64,000 nt of DNA from Takakia lepidozioides (Eukaryota; Plantae; Bryophyta), in the NCBI GenBank assembly GCA_030704615.1, contig CM060731.1:25730001-25794000 (forward strand). Reading direction: 5' to 3'. Positions 62,110 to 64,000 of this stretch are shown here, piece after piece. The notes under the pieces are model-generated. The model was not told the origin of the DNA and did no database searches. It saw only the letters and a program-made list of their open reading frames with translations. Both the position numbers and the translations under genes were made by a program. Positions within the stretch are counted from its first letter, which is position 1; each line of letters opens with the position of its first letter.

Positions 62110-64000
62110 TTGGAGCTCTCTTCATGTGTAGTTTTTGGGGTGAATCCCAGGATGGACAATGTGTCCTTTAAAACTACATGCTCCAGGTTAGGCTTGGATT
62201 ATATGGCTAATGGTTCCATCTCGAGACTTGATAACAGAGGTACTTTGAAGGTTGCAATGCCCAAAAATGCCACTAATAGAGTCTCACATCAATTCAACCT
62301 CAAAGAAGTTCGTCCCTTGACTGGCTGGAGAGCGGTCTTAGACATTGGTGATTCAATGAGGCGCTCTAGGAAGACAACCAAGGGCAGGGACTTCAACTTG
62401 AAAGTTTCTAACCGGTTTGATGCACTGGATGAGGTTGATTCCAAGCAGTCAGACAGACAAACTGACCCTAAGAGTGATGAGCCTGAGCGTCGTGTAACTG
62501 AAGGATTTGGTACCTTGAATGGTTTACCAATCCTTAAAAGTTTACACAAGACGAGCAAAATCTACACACGGGGTAATTGTCCCCCCCTTTCGCAGAACGT
62601 TTGGCAGTCCAGGAGCAACGATAGGCTACCTAGACGACAAACAATTCATATGGCTTTAGGCTGGCACTTTCAATTTCTCAGGGCTGACTAACCAAAGGAA
62701 ATAATTCGAAGTGGGACAAGTTTTTCGGGCAAATGATGTTCATATCTGTGCTGGGCAAGAGACATGGGGAACTTTGGACAAACTGGTTGGAGATGTCAAT
62801 GGTTATGAATGGATCGGTAAGATGTGCGCTCTTAAGGCAGCCTCTGCCAAATGTGGTCAAAAAGGGGTTGGCTTCTCTGTCCGTGACTTCTTGTGTGACA
62901 ATTGTGAAATTATCAACAAGGGTTTGCAGTATGAGCACAGTATTTGGCTAAAACTGAGACTGAAGGGCGGCGTGAATACGAAGGACCTCTTTGTTGGTTG
63001 TGTTTACAAGCCCACAGAGGGGACCCTTATTGCTGACGCAGACAAAGCCTTCAAAGACGTAAAGCTGGACTGTGTTAAGTTCCTCGCCAAAGGTCAGGTG
63101 GTCTTATTGGGTGACTTCCATGCCCGGGTGGGCAAAGGTCTTCATCAGGATGATACCATTGGGCCTTTTGGTGGGGACAAGCTGAATTCTAATGGTAGAT
63201 GGTTAATAAACTGTCTGGAATAACTTCAACTTTTGACCTTGAATAATAGGTCAGAAGGAGACCAAGTGCAGCGCACTCGTGAGAAAGCCCAAACTGGAGA
63301 ACGTTCCATTGTGGATTATATCATAATGGACAAAAATTTGTTTCCCCAGAGTGCCAGTGTGTTGATCGACAAAACTGACATTGGTACCTCTGACCACTTC
63401 CTGGTTTGGACTGAGATCAAAAGGTGTTTTCCAACACCAAACGATCTGTGAAACGTGCAATTCGGAAGTGGCGCATAGAAAAATTCCAAAATGAAGAGGT
63501 CAAGGCTGAGTATGTCCAGGCCTTGCAAGAGGCTCTCCCTCATTTCGTCCACTCGCTCCAAGACCTTCAATCTCGCTCTGGCAATGCAATGAAGTCGAAA
63601 GAGCAGTGGATTCTTGGGAGAGTGTCGTCTCCTCTGTGGCTGACAAGCTCATTTGGGAGGAAACTAATGTCTGCGGTAGAGCTGTTAATTGGTGGACCAA
63701 TGAGATTAAACTCAAGATTGGTGAGAGACTAGTCCTCTATAAAGAGTGCTGCAATTTGAATACCAACAAAGAATTGTGGGACAAGCTATACGGGAAATAA
63801 CTCAAACCACCACGGTGGTAATGACAAGATATTCTGGTTGGCCCTCCAACGTTTGTACCAGCCGAAAAACTGTCAGCAAGTACAAGCGCTGAGGACTACT
63901 AAGGGTGCAGTGGTGACTTCAATGAATGACTTTGTCAAAACCTTTGAAACCCACTATAGTATCCTTGGCAGAATTTCTGAGTCTAACAGTGAGGGGTCCT
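62110..64000 (+). mobile_element. 5' part of a decayed LINE: N-terminal region plus AP endonuclease, running off the window
   Basis: LKVSNRFDAL, then APE motifs ICAGQETW, VGCVYKP, VLLGDFHARVG, SIVDYII and SDHFLVW. Stops and frameshifts are present. Confidence 0.85.

Overview
Eukaryotic nuclear DNA from a land plant, most likely non-seed (bryophyte-like; inferred from transposon and PPR sequence style). The first ~27 kb is a nested transposon graveyard. It holds a composite LTR element (TSD CTTAA) that splits an unidentified fossil ORF and contains an inverted Ty3/gypsy chromovirus, a hAT transposase relic, and a full-length decayed chromovirus (both LTRs, PBS, PPT, TSD GTGGA). That second chromovirus is itself interrupted by DNA-transposon pieces built from arrays of GCGACCGCC/GGCGGTCGC palindromes, with a BED-finger ORF and tRNA-like boxes. 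From ~27 to 52 kb is gene-rich: a PLS-DYW PPR editing factor, a small KGD4/MRPS36-like gene, RPP30, BolA4, an ACAD8-like pseudogene and an intronless MAP3K. One LINE family, RTEX-like by inference, recurs throughout. It has an almost absent 3' UTR and a (CT)n tail, and its copies are stacked head-to-tail on CT-rich sites. No CRISPR, rRNA or intact tRNA was found. All calls are by-eye readings of the sequence; no searches were run.
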